Shown here: positions 26,401-38,400 of the stretch, piece after piece
Layout of the letters: each line of letters begins with the position of its first letter
How positions within the stretch are numbered: the stretch's first letter is position 1
Source: Octopus vulgaris
Lineage: Eukaryota
Direction of reading: 5' to 3'
DNA length: 64,000 bases
NCBI GenBank assembly: GCA_951406725.2
Contig: OX597820.1
Coordinates: forward strand, 114,390,001 to 114,454,000
Position numbers and translations under genes: made by a program
Notes under the pieces: model-generated
The model's database searches: none
What the model was told of the DNA's origin: nothing
Seen by the model: only the letters and a program-made list of their open reading frames with translations

Positions 26401-26609
26401 CCACTGCCTGACAGTTGGTGTTGGTTTCGTTGTCGTTTAACGTCCGTTTTCCATTCTAGCATGGGTTGGACAGTTTGACTGTGGGCTGGCGAACCAGATG
26501 GCTGCACCAGGCTCCAGTCTTGATCTGTCAGAGTTTCTACAGCTGGATGCTCTTCTTAACGCCATTTATGTCTCCATAAGTTAGCAGTTTGACAAAAAGA
26601 CCGATAGTA

Positions 26610-27930
26610 TCTTGTACCCTGGAATCTTTGCTGTACTTGTTGCCAACCCTCACCTTGCTGGTAGCATCCCTGTACAAGGCTTGTACAACTCTCACCAACT
26701 GCTTGTCTATCCCTAGTTTCTGCATTGACCCACCAGATAAGGGATTGAGGGACCCTGTCTAAAGCTTTCTCCAATCAACAAAAGCAAGTACAGAGGTTTA
26801 TCATTGGCTAGGTGTTTCTCCTGCAGTTGTCTTCCCAGAACTATAGCAACACTGATGCTTCTCCCTGGCACAAAACCAAACTGCATCCCATCTAGACTAA
26901 CTCTCTCCCTAATTAGTTGGGCTATGACCCTCTCTGTGACTTTCATCACCTGATGCAACAATTTGATACCTCTGTAATTATTTCTGTCTAAGGCATCACC
27001 TTTACCTTTGTAGCAGTTGACTATGGTGTTGCTACACCAGTCATTGTGTATGGCTCCTTCGTGAACTATCTGATTTACAATACAAATTACTAGACCATAA
27101 TCAACACCACCAGATATTTTAAGCATCACAGCAGTGATTGCTGATGGGCTGGGTGGGTGGGGAGAGTGTCCTGTCTTCATATCCTTAATTGCCTTATCTA
27201 CCAGGGTATTGTAGGTAGTTGGTACTTCAGTTGGAACAATCTTTGGCAGACTCTCCTCCTCCCATTCATTCTCCACATTCAGAAGTCTTTCATAATGGCA
27301 TTTTCAAGCCTCCTTCTTTGCAGAATCATAAATGCAAGTGCACCATCATCCATGCAGACACATTTCTCTCCTATGACATCACAATTTTCTATCACACACT
27401 ATTTTGCAATCAGAAATATTTCAGTTCTTTGGTCCTTGTGTCACTGAACCTAGGCAAACTTCTTCTTTTCTGCTTCTCCTTTGGTTAAATATACTTGTCT
27501 CCTAGCTTCCCTCCTGGCCATCTGATACAGTTCCCTGCTACCCCTACACTTCCAGGCCTGTTTCTTTACTCAAACGGCCCTCTCTACAGTATTGTTCCTC
27601 TACCACATTACCCTAGGTCTGGAAGGGGCTTTGCACCAGCCAAAGATTTGGTCTGTGGCACTCAGCAAGCTGTTCTGCAAGAATTCCCAGTTGCCCACTA
27701 TGTCACAAATCTGTCACTCCTCCTCCCTTCCATCAAATTTCTCAATTAAGATGTCCCTAAATCTCTGACCATATGAAGGGCCTTTAAGCTTCCAAATCCT
27801 TCTTTTCCAGATCGGTCTGCTTCTTGGCATCCTTCTGGCCTGGAGTCAAAAGTCACTAATGACTAGTCGATACATTCTTCACCAGGGAGGGTTTTTGTAT
27901 TTAAGAGCAACCATACATTCCGCTATTCTA
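26610..27930 (-). mobile_element. RTE-clade LINE fragment (endonuclease-RT linker and RT N-terminal part)
   Basis: ORF 26713-27276 DWCSNTIVNCYKGKGDALDRNNYRGIKLLHQVMKVTERVI...QFGFVPGRS; EKALDRVP; frameshifted. Confidence 0.9.
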
Positions 27931-29092
27931 AATATCCATTAAAAACTATTTTTTTACTCTATGAATGAAACTTTTATTTTAAGGGCTTTTGTAGAGTTTT
28001 AAAACATATAAACTGGGTCAAGCTTACTGCTGAGAAACAAATAAAACATAGCTAAGAAGTAACAGTCACAGACAACAATGACAGCCTCAAATAATTATTC
28101 ATTTTAATGTGCACTTTCTCAGGCTTACATGTGATGGACAGTATTTATTAGAGTAGATTTTCTATGGCCAGATGCCCTTCCTATCACCAACTTCCACCTG
28201 TTTCCAAACAAGCTAATATTTCCTCATGGCCACACATGAATATTGGACATGAACAACATTTATTCTTAGAACTGTGATGCGATGTGAAGACAGGGTGACA
28301 AACACACAAAGTTATTTTAAACTCATGAAATGGATTTTTTTCCACTTTGGAAATGAGCATAGTGCTGAATTGTATCTCTGTTCCTTTTCTTCAGACATTC
28401 ACACATAATCGTCATCATACAAGCATTGTTGCTTGTTTCTAGTTTTCTGTGAATCACATGTCTGAACACGGGGAAATATCTTGTTTGGAAACGGGTAGTG
28501 GTTAGCAACAGGAAAGGCATCCAGTTGTAGAAAAGCTGTCTCAACAAATTCCATGCAAGCATGGAAAAATGGATATTAAATGGTAATACAAGTTTCTATA
28601 TATATCATAACATCCACTTTTCTATGTTTGCATAGTTCAGAGTTTGAGATAGGTTTCCAATCCTATTGCCAACCGTCACTCGTTTCCAAGCAACATAATA
28701 TTCTTCATGGCCAGATATGTTCGTGCAGAATACTGGAAATGAATGACACTGCTTGTAGGACAGTGACACTCATTTTTACAACTATCATGCTATGTCAAGA
28801 CAAGGTAACATGAACACACACACAATGGGCTCCTTTCTGCCTCCCTTTATCAAATCCACTCACAAAACATTGGTCAGCTTGGAGCTATAGAAGAAGACAC
28901 TTGCCCAAGGTGCCAAACAATGGGACTAAACCAAGAACTATGTTGTTGGGAATTATGTGGTTGGGAAGCTGCATCTATTAGCAATCATAGAGAAAAGTTG
29001 CATATATAACAAAAATTCTTTTTCTGTGCAAAACATTTTCGCAAAACGCTCAAAGTATATGCATAACAGTGATAAGGCCAAACAATACTTAC

Positions 29093-29201
29093 GCTGCCAA
29101 AATATTTATCAAGCAATTCAACATATCTGTGTATGATTTCAAGTGTTAATAATTCATTGTCAGCTGGTTCAATGGCACAACAGAAGTAAAGGCTGGCATA
29201 T
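29093..29201 (-). CDS. AP1S2: AP-1 complex subunit sigma, coding exon ([37 protein letters not shown])
   Basis: ttttgctttcag|ATATGCC acceptor, AGC|gtaagt donor, 109 nt, phase 2/0. Confidence 0.97.
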
Positions 29202-29244
29202 CTGAAAGCAAAATGGCAAACAGTGAGCAAACTATCTCTGTATA

Positions 29245-30260
29245 CACAGGCTGTTCAAAAAACCTCTCCGCAGTCTTTAATTGCAAAATAAATATTTATA
29301 AGATGGTATAAGACTACAAAAGGATATATTAGACTTGCTCCCCCCTCCCAAAGTCTGGCGGTGTTAAATCAGGTGATCTTGGTTGCCCAATTCCCTTTGA
29401 AATAACCCGTTCACTGAAAAACTCTTGAAGTAGCTCCATCTTGCTGAAAGTATGCATTACTAATTTCGCTTTCAGTGAGTTGGCCTACAAATGGAGAGAC
29501 AATATCCGAGCAATATCTCTCCGTGTTGATGGTGTCTTCAAAAAATATCGGTCCCACAGTACACTTTCTTGAAATTGCTATCCATACTCCAACTTTTGTG
29601 GGATGCAGAGGTTGCTCATGCGTCACATGTGGATTCTCAGTGCTCCATAATCTTGTGTTTTGCGAATTTATGCATCCTGACAGATGAAACCAAGCCACCC
29701 ATCCAGCACTTCTATGCCTTTTTTGGCAACACAGTTTTGGAACCAATGACAATAACGAAGCCTTTTAGCATGATCCATAGTATTCAATTCTTGAATGGCC
29801 AGCACTTTGTATAGAAGAAACAATTTCTCTTTTACTGCCATGTGAGCACTTCCTAGGCTGAGTTCTGTTTCCCGTGACAATTTGTGTAAGGACTTTGATG
29901 GGCTGGGCTTGCCAACAGTTTATCAGAAAGAAAAGTAGGCCTACCGCTTCTTGCTGCATCTTCCACTGAGCCTGTGTTTCTAAATTTTATTAACAAATCC
30001 TGCACAATGTCCCAATGTGGAACAACAATATTTGGAAAAGTTTCACTGAACTTCTGTTTCACAGTATCTGTATATTTGTTTCCAGCTCAAAACACCAATT
30101 CAACTAAAAATGTACGTTCTTCAGTGGTTAGCATGTTGACACGCTGAAGGGTACATAATGGTTGAGGGACAATGGCTGACACCCGGCCACTCATGCAGTG
30201 ATAGACAAATTGTGCATGCGCAGGATGAAAAAAATTCACTGTGGAGAGGCTTTTTGAACA
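29245..30260 (-). mobile_element. Degraded Tc1/mariner-superfamily transposon (maT/DUF4817-like)
   Basis: TIR tgttcaaaaa(a/g)cctctcc(g/a)cagt at both ends; motifs KFRNTGSVEDAARSGRP, FHLSGCINSQNTRLWS, GPIFFEDTIN, YFQQDGAT, PRSPDLTPPDF. Confidence 0.85.
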
Positions 30261-30574
30261 AAATAGATGACATAACTTGGCAGGTTGTTTTCATCAGTCA
30301 CACCTTTTGAAAAACTCTTAAATGAGGACACTTTCCAAAATTTCATTTGTAAAAAAAATTTTAATATTTTTAAAATCCTGTTATTTTCTTGGTCCTAAAA
30401 AATCATTTTCACATCAAAGGAAAAGGATTCCATTAATGCTAAATGACTACATGAGTACATTGAAGTCAATGTTATCTATTAATCTCTCTCCTTTTATCAC
30501 TCATCTTTTTATTACTGTTGCTATTTTAAATATAATTATCTTCACCATTGTTCAATCTAGAGCAATAAAATAAC

Positions 30575-30627
<53 letters not shown>

Positions 30628-30715
30628 CTGAAGCTTCTCGAATCATAATTTTTCATAATTTTTACTGATTATTCAAACACTTGAAGTTGGGAAGTAGTAT
30701 ACAAGTAGAGATATC

Positions 30716-30927
30716 TCTCTCTTTTACTCTTTTACTTGTTTCAGTCATTTGACTGCGGCCATGCTGGAGCACCGCCTTTAGTCGAGCAAATCGACCCCGG
30801 GACTTATTCTTTGTAAGCCCAGTACTTATTCTATCAGTCTCTTTTGCCGAACCACTAAGTGACAGGGACGTAAACACACCAGCATCGCTTGTCAAGCAAT
30901 GCTAGGGGGACAAACACAGACACACAA

Positions 30928-30967
<40 letters not shown>

Positions 30968-31129
30968 GACAGGCTTCTTTCAGTTTCCGTCTACCAAATC
31001 CACTCACAAGGCATTGGTCGGCCTGGGGCTATAGCAGAAGACACTTGCCCAAGATGCCACGCAGTGGGACTGAACCCGGAACCATGTGGTTGTTTAGCAA
31101 GCTACTTACCACACCGCCACTCCTGCGCC
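30716..31129 (-). mobile_element. tRNA-derived SINE (family B), young full-length copy
   Basis: Head GGCGCAGGAGTGGCGGTGTGGTAAG...GGTTCAGTCCC, internal (TA)n, (TAAAAGAG)n tail; tagagat on both flanks. Confidence 0.9.
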
Positions 31130-32385
31130 TATATAGAGATTTTGACTTGTTGTCAGGATAATCTAATAAATGTGCTGCACATACGTAATAGAGAAAGAAA
31201 GGAGTGTAAAAGAAGGACAAAAAGTTAAAATAAGAGGTGCAGGTGTAGTAGCAGGAAGAGGAGCAGAGGGAGTAAATGAGGAGTTATATAAAGGAGAAAT
31301 TTGTTTTATTTAATTTTAAGGCAATAAATATTTTTTGAAAATTAGAATTTAACTCCTCATTTTGTAAAGGCACCAAGAAATTTGCCGTATGCTTCTTTAG
31401 CTGATATTATCCAGGGTGACAAGGGCAAACTTCTCGATATAACTGTCATATGATGGGTGATACTCTACTAATGTAATAATGATGTAATATGTCTGCATTT
31501 CAGTCATTACTATAATCAAGCTGCCACAATTAGTATCCAAATTGCCCTTTATTCACACTGTATTGTACCATTTTCAAATAAAAAGGAAGGACACATAGGG
31601 AGACTTACTGAGGTAGTACTTCACAGCAAGATGCCCTTCCTGTTGCCAAGTCTTACCTGTTTTTCAAATAAAGGACTTTCATTTTTTAATTTTATTGGTC
31701 TTTGAAAGTGCACAGCTATGGTACCTTAGTGTTTACAGGGAATGTAAATATGACATCACCAATTTGCTCAGACAGTGCTATGCAAAGATGCAGAATGTTA
31801 ACATTCATATACACACACACACATTCATACATAGAGCTTCTGACTACTAATTACTTGTAAATGAAATTGCCCAAGTAAAGTACACATCCATACCCTTGCC
31901 TATGTCAGAGGTAAAAAAAAAGGACAAGATGGTTACAGTTGGAACATCTTTCATCACAAGTTTTCTTGACCAGAATTGGAGATTAAACAGCATAACAAGC
32001 AATGTTGTTGTTGTACAGCAGTAAAACACATTGTCATCTTGTACCTTGAGAGTACATCCCGACACTGCATCACTACCATCTAAAACCCAACATTAATTCT
32101 AACACTAATCAAAACCCTCACCTTAAACCTAACCATAACCCTAACTATCTACTTAACTGCCTACCTACCTACCCATCTATCTATATTTCACTATTTCTAT
32201 CTTTTAGAGAGTGAATCTAAAACTACCTTATCCAATGTGTCTGTCCTTCCAATTTTCATAATAAGATGTGAAATGATGAAGATTTAGGTTGTTATTTCTT
32301 CAAGATCGACTTTCTAGAAGTTCTCTCACTGCTACTTCTACATGAACTGCAAAAATTACTACAGTGAATAAACAAATCTACATAC

Positions 32386-32564
32386 CTTTTATAAACTATT
32401 TTCAAATCTTTCCATTCCAGAAAGCTGCACATCTTTGGTTTCCTGGCAAGAACCAAAGTGACAAGCTCACGGGTAATCTTCTTCTTTACTTTGTCTGGGT
32501 GAGCAACATACCATTTCTGCAATCTTAATTTCCCCTGACGACTAAACAGCAACATAAATTGCAT
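32386..32564 (-). CDS. AP1S2: AP-1 complex subunit sigma, first identified coding exon ([19 protein letters not shown]...KIVYKR)
   Basis: ttttccag|ATGCAA acceptor directly before the ATG, AAAAG|gtatgt donor, 179 nt; clear sigma1 N-terminus; an upstream exon is implied. Confidence 0.97.
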
Positions 32565-33102
32565 CTGGAAAAGAAACAGAAAAGGACAAAAATAAAGGAT
32601 ATGAGCTGAGCAGAAATCAAAAGATGATCAAACGAAATGTTTTTAAAGATTCTACCTTGCCTTTCTCTTGTCTGAGTTGAACTAAATACCAATATTATAT
32701 TGAACAATTATGTCCAATCCTGAAAATTTATGGCTGAATTTCATTCCTCACATCAAGGGTTGACATTACGTTTCATCCTTTTAGATCTGACAGATTAAAC
32801 ATCAATCAAATCCTTTTAGGCCCTTTAGTCTCATAAGGCAACTGGTGACCTTATTAGTGCTAGGGCCACTGAAAAAGCACCCAGAACATACTGTAAAGTT
32901 GTTGTCATTAGGAAAGCAATCTAGTCATAGACATGGGAGTTGCTGCATCCTGTTGAACAGTCCTGCCCATGCAAGCAAAGAGAATGGACATTAAATGATA
33001 ATAGATTTAGTCATGTAGCTTAGCGCTAATATCAGGAATCATTAGTGTTAGCACCATCTGCTGAAGAGCAAGATTTTGGATTCGTTTGTCCTCAAATCCT
33101 AA

Positions 33103-33540
33103 TCTAATATATAAAATCTGTTCTGTCTGTCTGTCTCTGTGCTTATAAATCGAGCATTGTTCATCTGATCGTACTGAAATTCTAAACATGGATACATGAG
33201 AGAGCAATCCGTAATCTAAATAGATTTTCAAAATTGTCAGTTTCAAAGTGAGAATCGCTATTTTTGTCCTGCTTTTTCTGCCATTAAAAGCAATGAATTG
33301 CACAGACAGCTGGCACATACCATTTCACTGGCAACAAGGGGAGTACAGGATGACAGTCAGCCAAAACCTTCGCTATACTATCGCTTTTGTTTCCTCTCTC
33401 TGTCTCTCTTATGATGTCCAATTCCACTTGAAGTTGTATATATATTGTGTTAAGATTCGTTATCAATCAATTATCCTTATTGAGAAGGAAACAGTCAAAA
33501 GTAACCACCACATACAATCACCAAACATCTCCACTACTTA
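33103..33540 (+). mobile_element. Probable non-autonomous Helitron 5' portion
   Basis: A|TCTAATATATAAAATCTG followed by (TCTG)n, similar to the 5' ends at 35241 and 38204. Confidence 0.45.
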
Positions 33541-34109
33541 ATACCGTCCACGTTAACTCTCTTCACCTGTACAGCTGGCATGAAAAACTACGAGGAAAAG
33601 TCAACCATTTTAATTAAGCAAAAAAGAGAAAAAATTGATTGCTATTAAAACGCATAAAATTTTGGGGTTAATAATCTTAATTTTTAGTTACAGTTTCTCA
33701 ATAAAAACTACATAATAGGCAGAATTGTCAGATTAAGACAGTAGGGTGTTTTGAGGGAGATTTGGCTGCTATTTTTACCAGGTCTAGCTACCATGTAGAG
33801 GTCTCCCTCATTGGCACATACATACATACATACATAAAATTGAAATAAAATACTTAAAGCAACAGACACCAAATACAAAAGCCAAGGTCCACACAGTGTC
33901 ATAGGCCAAAAATATTTCCAGCATCTTGCCTAAAGCGAGCCCAGAGCAATCTCTTATCTCTTACACTATTTCAGTATTACATCTCTATTGTAATATGAGA
34001 TAATACTTTCAGTTTGAAAGAAGTCTGCCATATATATATCTCTTATGATAAAAGGCAGATTTTCTCTGCCTGTTACCATGTTTGTTTTTAATACAATTCT
34101 ACAATATAG

Positions 34110-34566
34110 AATTTCTTCAATTGGAATTTACCTATGATTTTTCGAAGTAGATTCAATTAGGTCATGGCATGTAAAGTTTTTTCAATTCGACCCCCATTTA
34201 AGCAAAAATTCGAGAGAAGTAAATATTTTACGATTTGCCTCTCTAATTTCAACTGCTTCACTCATGCTATTACCACATTTTCTCCTACTTTCTCTTTGCA
34301 AGTGTACCTTAAACCACTACTCAAAAAAATACAGAGCAAACAGAAACAAATAAATACATAACGATTTACTCCTCACACAATTTCTTCAATTGGAATTTAC
34401 CTATGATTTTTCGAAGTACATTCCATTCGGTCATGGCATATAAATTTCTTTCAATTTGACCCCCAATTAAGCAAAAATTCGAGAAAACTCAATATTTTAC
34501 GATTTCCCTCTCTCACTTCAAAGGCTTTCCTCCGCCTATTACAACACTTTCTCCTACTTTCTCTTT
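34110..34566. repeat. Two-copy tandem repeat, period about 269 bp
   Basis: aatttcttcaattggaatttacctatgatttttcgaagta... begins at 34110 and 34379. Confidence 0.9.
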
Positions 34567-35181
34567 ACACACATAGACACGCAAACATATACATATATGA
34601 CAGTGACAAACACAAACGTTTCAAACAACTACATACAAACACTCAAACACACATGCACACACGTGTGTGTTTGTTATTAGTAAAAAAGGTGCCAAACACA
34701 ATTCACTTTCTCATTTGAACACATTTGCAAACACACAGCAACATTTCACTGATATATGGTGAGTAGATGCTAGCCGCTCACATTATGAGTTACACTATTA
34801 CACCAATTGTACTGGGACTGATGTCTACAGCCCGTTAGTTTTTAGTGTCCAGGAAACAAAACTTTCTCGGGAAATAACAAAAAAAAAACACGCCTAGATT
34901 TTACAAAGGACTTTAAGAAACGATAGGAACTAAGTTCAGTTGAAGAAAAGAGACGGATTTAAGGAAACCAGACGGTCGAATTAGAATAACTCAACAGAAA
35001 AGGTAAATTGGTTTTTAATTTACTTTCTGTCGCTAGGTTTTCATAGTATTAATTTGCGAGCGTACTTCAGTTGTCAATTGTTGAAAGAAAATTGTAAGCT
35101 AAGAAGGTGTGTGTGTGTGTAGGAAGTGAAGGATAAATATATGGCAAGAAGTGGACAGATGCACATATATACATACATACA

Positions 35182-35217
<36 letters not shown>

Positions 35218-35240
35218 AATGTGTATTAATGTGTGTGTTA

Positions 35241-35626
35241 TCTCTATATAAAGCTGAAGTTGTCTGTGTATGCCAGGTTTGGTAACCTTCAACTAACACT
35301 ATCTCCTCCGAGACCCTGTGGCGCAAGTTGACCAAAATTGAGAGTATGATAGAAGGGTTGCTCTTCCTTCCGTAGAAGATAAAATTCAAATCGGACCATG
35401 TTAACACCAAAAATTATTTACATCAAAAAGGTGCTTTTTTTCTATGAAAATCCCTATTTTTTACTATTTTTTCACTGCTGTGTCGCCACTTTTCGGTGTA
35501 TTTCAACCAGAAAAAATGTTCACTTGAAGAGAATAACAAGCTACATAATGCAAAATTTTTACTTTTCAAAAATTCCAATTCCAGCGGGTCAAAACAAACC
35601 CGAGCAACGCCGGGCGATACTGCTAG
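35241..35626 (+). mobile_element. Non-autonomous Helitron, complete
   Basis: 5' TC, 3' CTAG preceded by hairpin CCCGAGCAACGCCGGG, inserted between A and T. Confidence 0.85.
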
Positions 35627-35659
35627 TATATATATATACATATATATATTATATATATC

Positions 35660-37102
35660 TTATGCATTCCAAAACCGAGTTACAGATTTTGATGTATGGG
35701 GTATCAAAAGATTCACTATTATTTCAGCTACAAATTAAACTTAATTTCCATTTTCCATTCACATATTTGCATTTCAAAAATTTAACATCATAATTTTTTC
35801 CATAAATCAACTATCGTAAACATTTTATACAATTACATCACATTTTCTATATGTGTATTTACCTTAAAAGACATCGATCATCATGACACACACCTTCACA
35901 CACTATCTCACTTTCTCTTTCATGCACACACACACACACGCATCCATTTCAAGTAGACAAACATACATCTTTCACTTTCTTTCTGTCCTTTTCGCTTTCT
36001 CTTCTTTCAATTTCTGCTCTCTTCAAATAAATTTTTACAGAATGAGCGTGTCACTCTATTTGATTAATTTATACTGCATATTGAAATAAAAACATACTAT
36101 ATACATACAACTGCTTACAAAAATAGGGATTACTGTATAATTCCTTTCTATGTTCATTATTTTTTGTTTACAATATTGAAAAAAGTATACCATCAAAGAA
36201 AAGATGTAATCTCTCCAGAAACAAGTATAAAGCAAGGAGGATTGTAGAAAACCAAAGGTGAGAGTCCAAAGAAAGGAGCGATCATTAAATCAATGTTTTA
36301 ATGATTAGACAGAGGTCCAATAGAATAGCTCTCAGAAACAGACTATGTGCAAATTCGTTCTTCACAACTCCTGAAGCTGTTTTCAGATATGATCCATCCC
36401 ATTCTGATAAAGACGATAACTGTCCAAATTGGTGTGCTAAACACAAATTGACGTTTCTGTAGAGCTTTAAAATTTCCAAATGAAACAAATGGTATGTGCT
36501 GCTCAGGCAGTCAGGTAACATTGCCAGCACTACCAGCTCCTTCTGAAACTCTGATGGATCTTCTAGAAAGCACTTCCATCCAGTCAAAGAATTTTCTGAA
36601 CAATATCAGATAATACGACTCTGCAAATGACATTGTTTGGTGCATCTAAGAAGATAGATAAACATGAATTTATGCCGACGTCAAAGTTCAAGGGCAAGTC
36701 TATCACCTCATTGGTTCCCTGTTACCCACAATGAACAACCACAGTTCTTCCAAATTTACTTTATGAGTGATGTAGGACAACAAACCCGAAGGAAGTGTTA
36801 AAATTTCGGATGTGTTAGACAGTGCTGACTGCTGCAAAAGAGAGTATATCCACTGACAGCTTTTCGGTGTGTTCAAAAATCACATAACCCCCACCCCAAA
36901 TTTTCCATGATAGGTTAGGACCTGAAATACTCCAAACGGACGCATAGCATGTTGCTTAGTCGAATTAGCCAATCATTTGCTCCACAAATGTTTTGTTGTC
37001 AATACTCCACTTTCCCATAATCACCTATTTCAACATAACTGTAATATATTATATACAAACTATACCATTTTAATCCCGAGCAATGCCGGGTATCTTTGCT
37101 AG
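35660..37102 (+). mobile_element. Helitron derivative with RepHel N-terminal coding relic
   Basis: About 36370-36770 encodes FCRALKFPNETNGMCCSGSQVTLP...KVQGQVYHLIGSLLP...QFFQIYFM with stops and frameshifts; 3' end cccgagcaatgccggg...CTAG|T at 37075-37102; 5' boundary uncertain. Confidence 0.8.
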
Positions 37103-37113
37103 TATGTATATAA

Positions 37114-37148
<35 letters not shown>

Positions 37149-37181
37149 AATACATATATATATATGTGTATATACATATAT

Positions 37182-38175
37182 ATCATCATCATCGTTTAAC
37201 ATCTGTTTTTCATGTTGGCATAGGTTGGATGGTTCCATTGGGGTCTGGGAAGCCAGGAGACTGCACCAGGTTCCAGTCTGATCTGGCAGTGTTTCTACAG
37301 CTGAATGCCCTTTCTAATGCCAACCACTCCGAGAATGTAGTGGGTGCTTTTTTTTATGTGGAACCGGCACAGGGCCAGAGGATGGTGGCATCAACCACGA
37401 TCGGATGGTACTTTTTATGTGCCATCTCCAGAGGTCTTGGTCTTTTGTCATTGTCTCTGTGAGGCCCAACGTTCTAAGGTCATGTTTGACCACCTCATCC
37501 CATGTCTTTCTGGGTCTCCCTCTACCCTGGATTCCTTCTACTGTTTGGGAGTGGCACTTCTTCATGCAGCTCTCCCATCCATCCATAGTTCATGACCATA
37601 CCAACGCAAATGTCTCTCATACCTACCACATCCAATGCTTCTTATGTCCTCTATGTTGATGACCTGGCCCTCATAGCAGAATCACTAACAGAACTAGAGA
37701 AGAAATTTCAGATGTGGAAGGAAGGTTTAGAATTGAAGGGCTTTAGAGTCAATATCGCAAAGACCAAAGTTCTAGTACCTTCAGGTAGGTGGCCCTGCTC
37801 GATCTGTAGAAAAGGTGTAGGTAGAAATTCCATAAGATGTACCCAGTGTAAGCTATGGACACTTAAGAGGTGCAGCAACATCAAAGGAAGATTAACCAGG
37901 AAGACAAATTTTTTTGTGTGCAGCAGATGCACAGGGGCAATAAACACCACAGATGCTCAGAAAACAGATTCCCTCACATGCCAGGGGGAGAAACTAGGGA
38001 GTAGTTGATAGTTCCGCTACCTAGGTGACCAAGTTAGTAGTGGGGGTGGATGTGCATAGAGTATTACTACTAGGATAAGAATAGCCTGGGCAAAGTTCAG
38101 AAAGTTTTTACCCCTACTGGTGACAAAAGGCCTCTTGCTTAGAGTGAAAGATACATTGTACGATGTATCTGTGTG
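37182..38175. mobile_element. RTE-clade LINE with internal 5' inversion
   Basis: 37640-37182 (-): GRGRPRKTWDEVV, UTR and (GAT)n tail; 37640-38175 (+): LYVDDLALIAES..., CSICRKGVGRNSIRCTQCKLW, FRYLGD. Confidence 0.85.
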
Positions 38176-38203
38176 AACTGATGTGTATATATACATATTT
38201 ATA

Positions 38204-38400
38204 TCTATTATATAAAATCCATTCTGTCTGTGTGCGTGTCTTCTAGGATCTGGGGCATCCTCCATCCGATTGCGCTCAAATTTGATATGTCGATACCGAC
38301 AGTATCAGGGTGTGTATAAGGTTGAAAAAATTACAAAAATCGACTTCAGATGAGAATGCGATCGATAAAGCCGTGGGAACGTGCAAGTACATCAGCTGTT
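38204..38400 (+). mobile_element. Short non-autonomous Helitron-like element
   Basis: TCTATTATATAAAATCC start; degenerate end gtacatcagctgt. Confidence 0.5.

Noticed and set aside
32080-32160. Telomeric repeat
   Set aside because: Only one or two degenerate cctaac units; more consistent with a transposon fragment
32292-32385. C-terminal extension of the 90-aa ORF, and intronic extensions of ORFs 28985-29230 and 25373-25774
   Set aside because: Read-through past canonical splice sites; sigma1 homology stops exactly at the GT/AG boundaries
34741-34770. ATG|gtgagt as the missing AP1S exon 1
   Set aside because: Wrong strand and within the Helitron-rich region; exon 1 was not identified and may lie beyond the window
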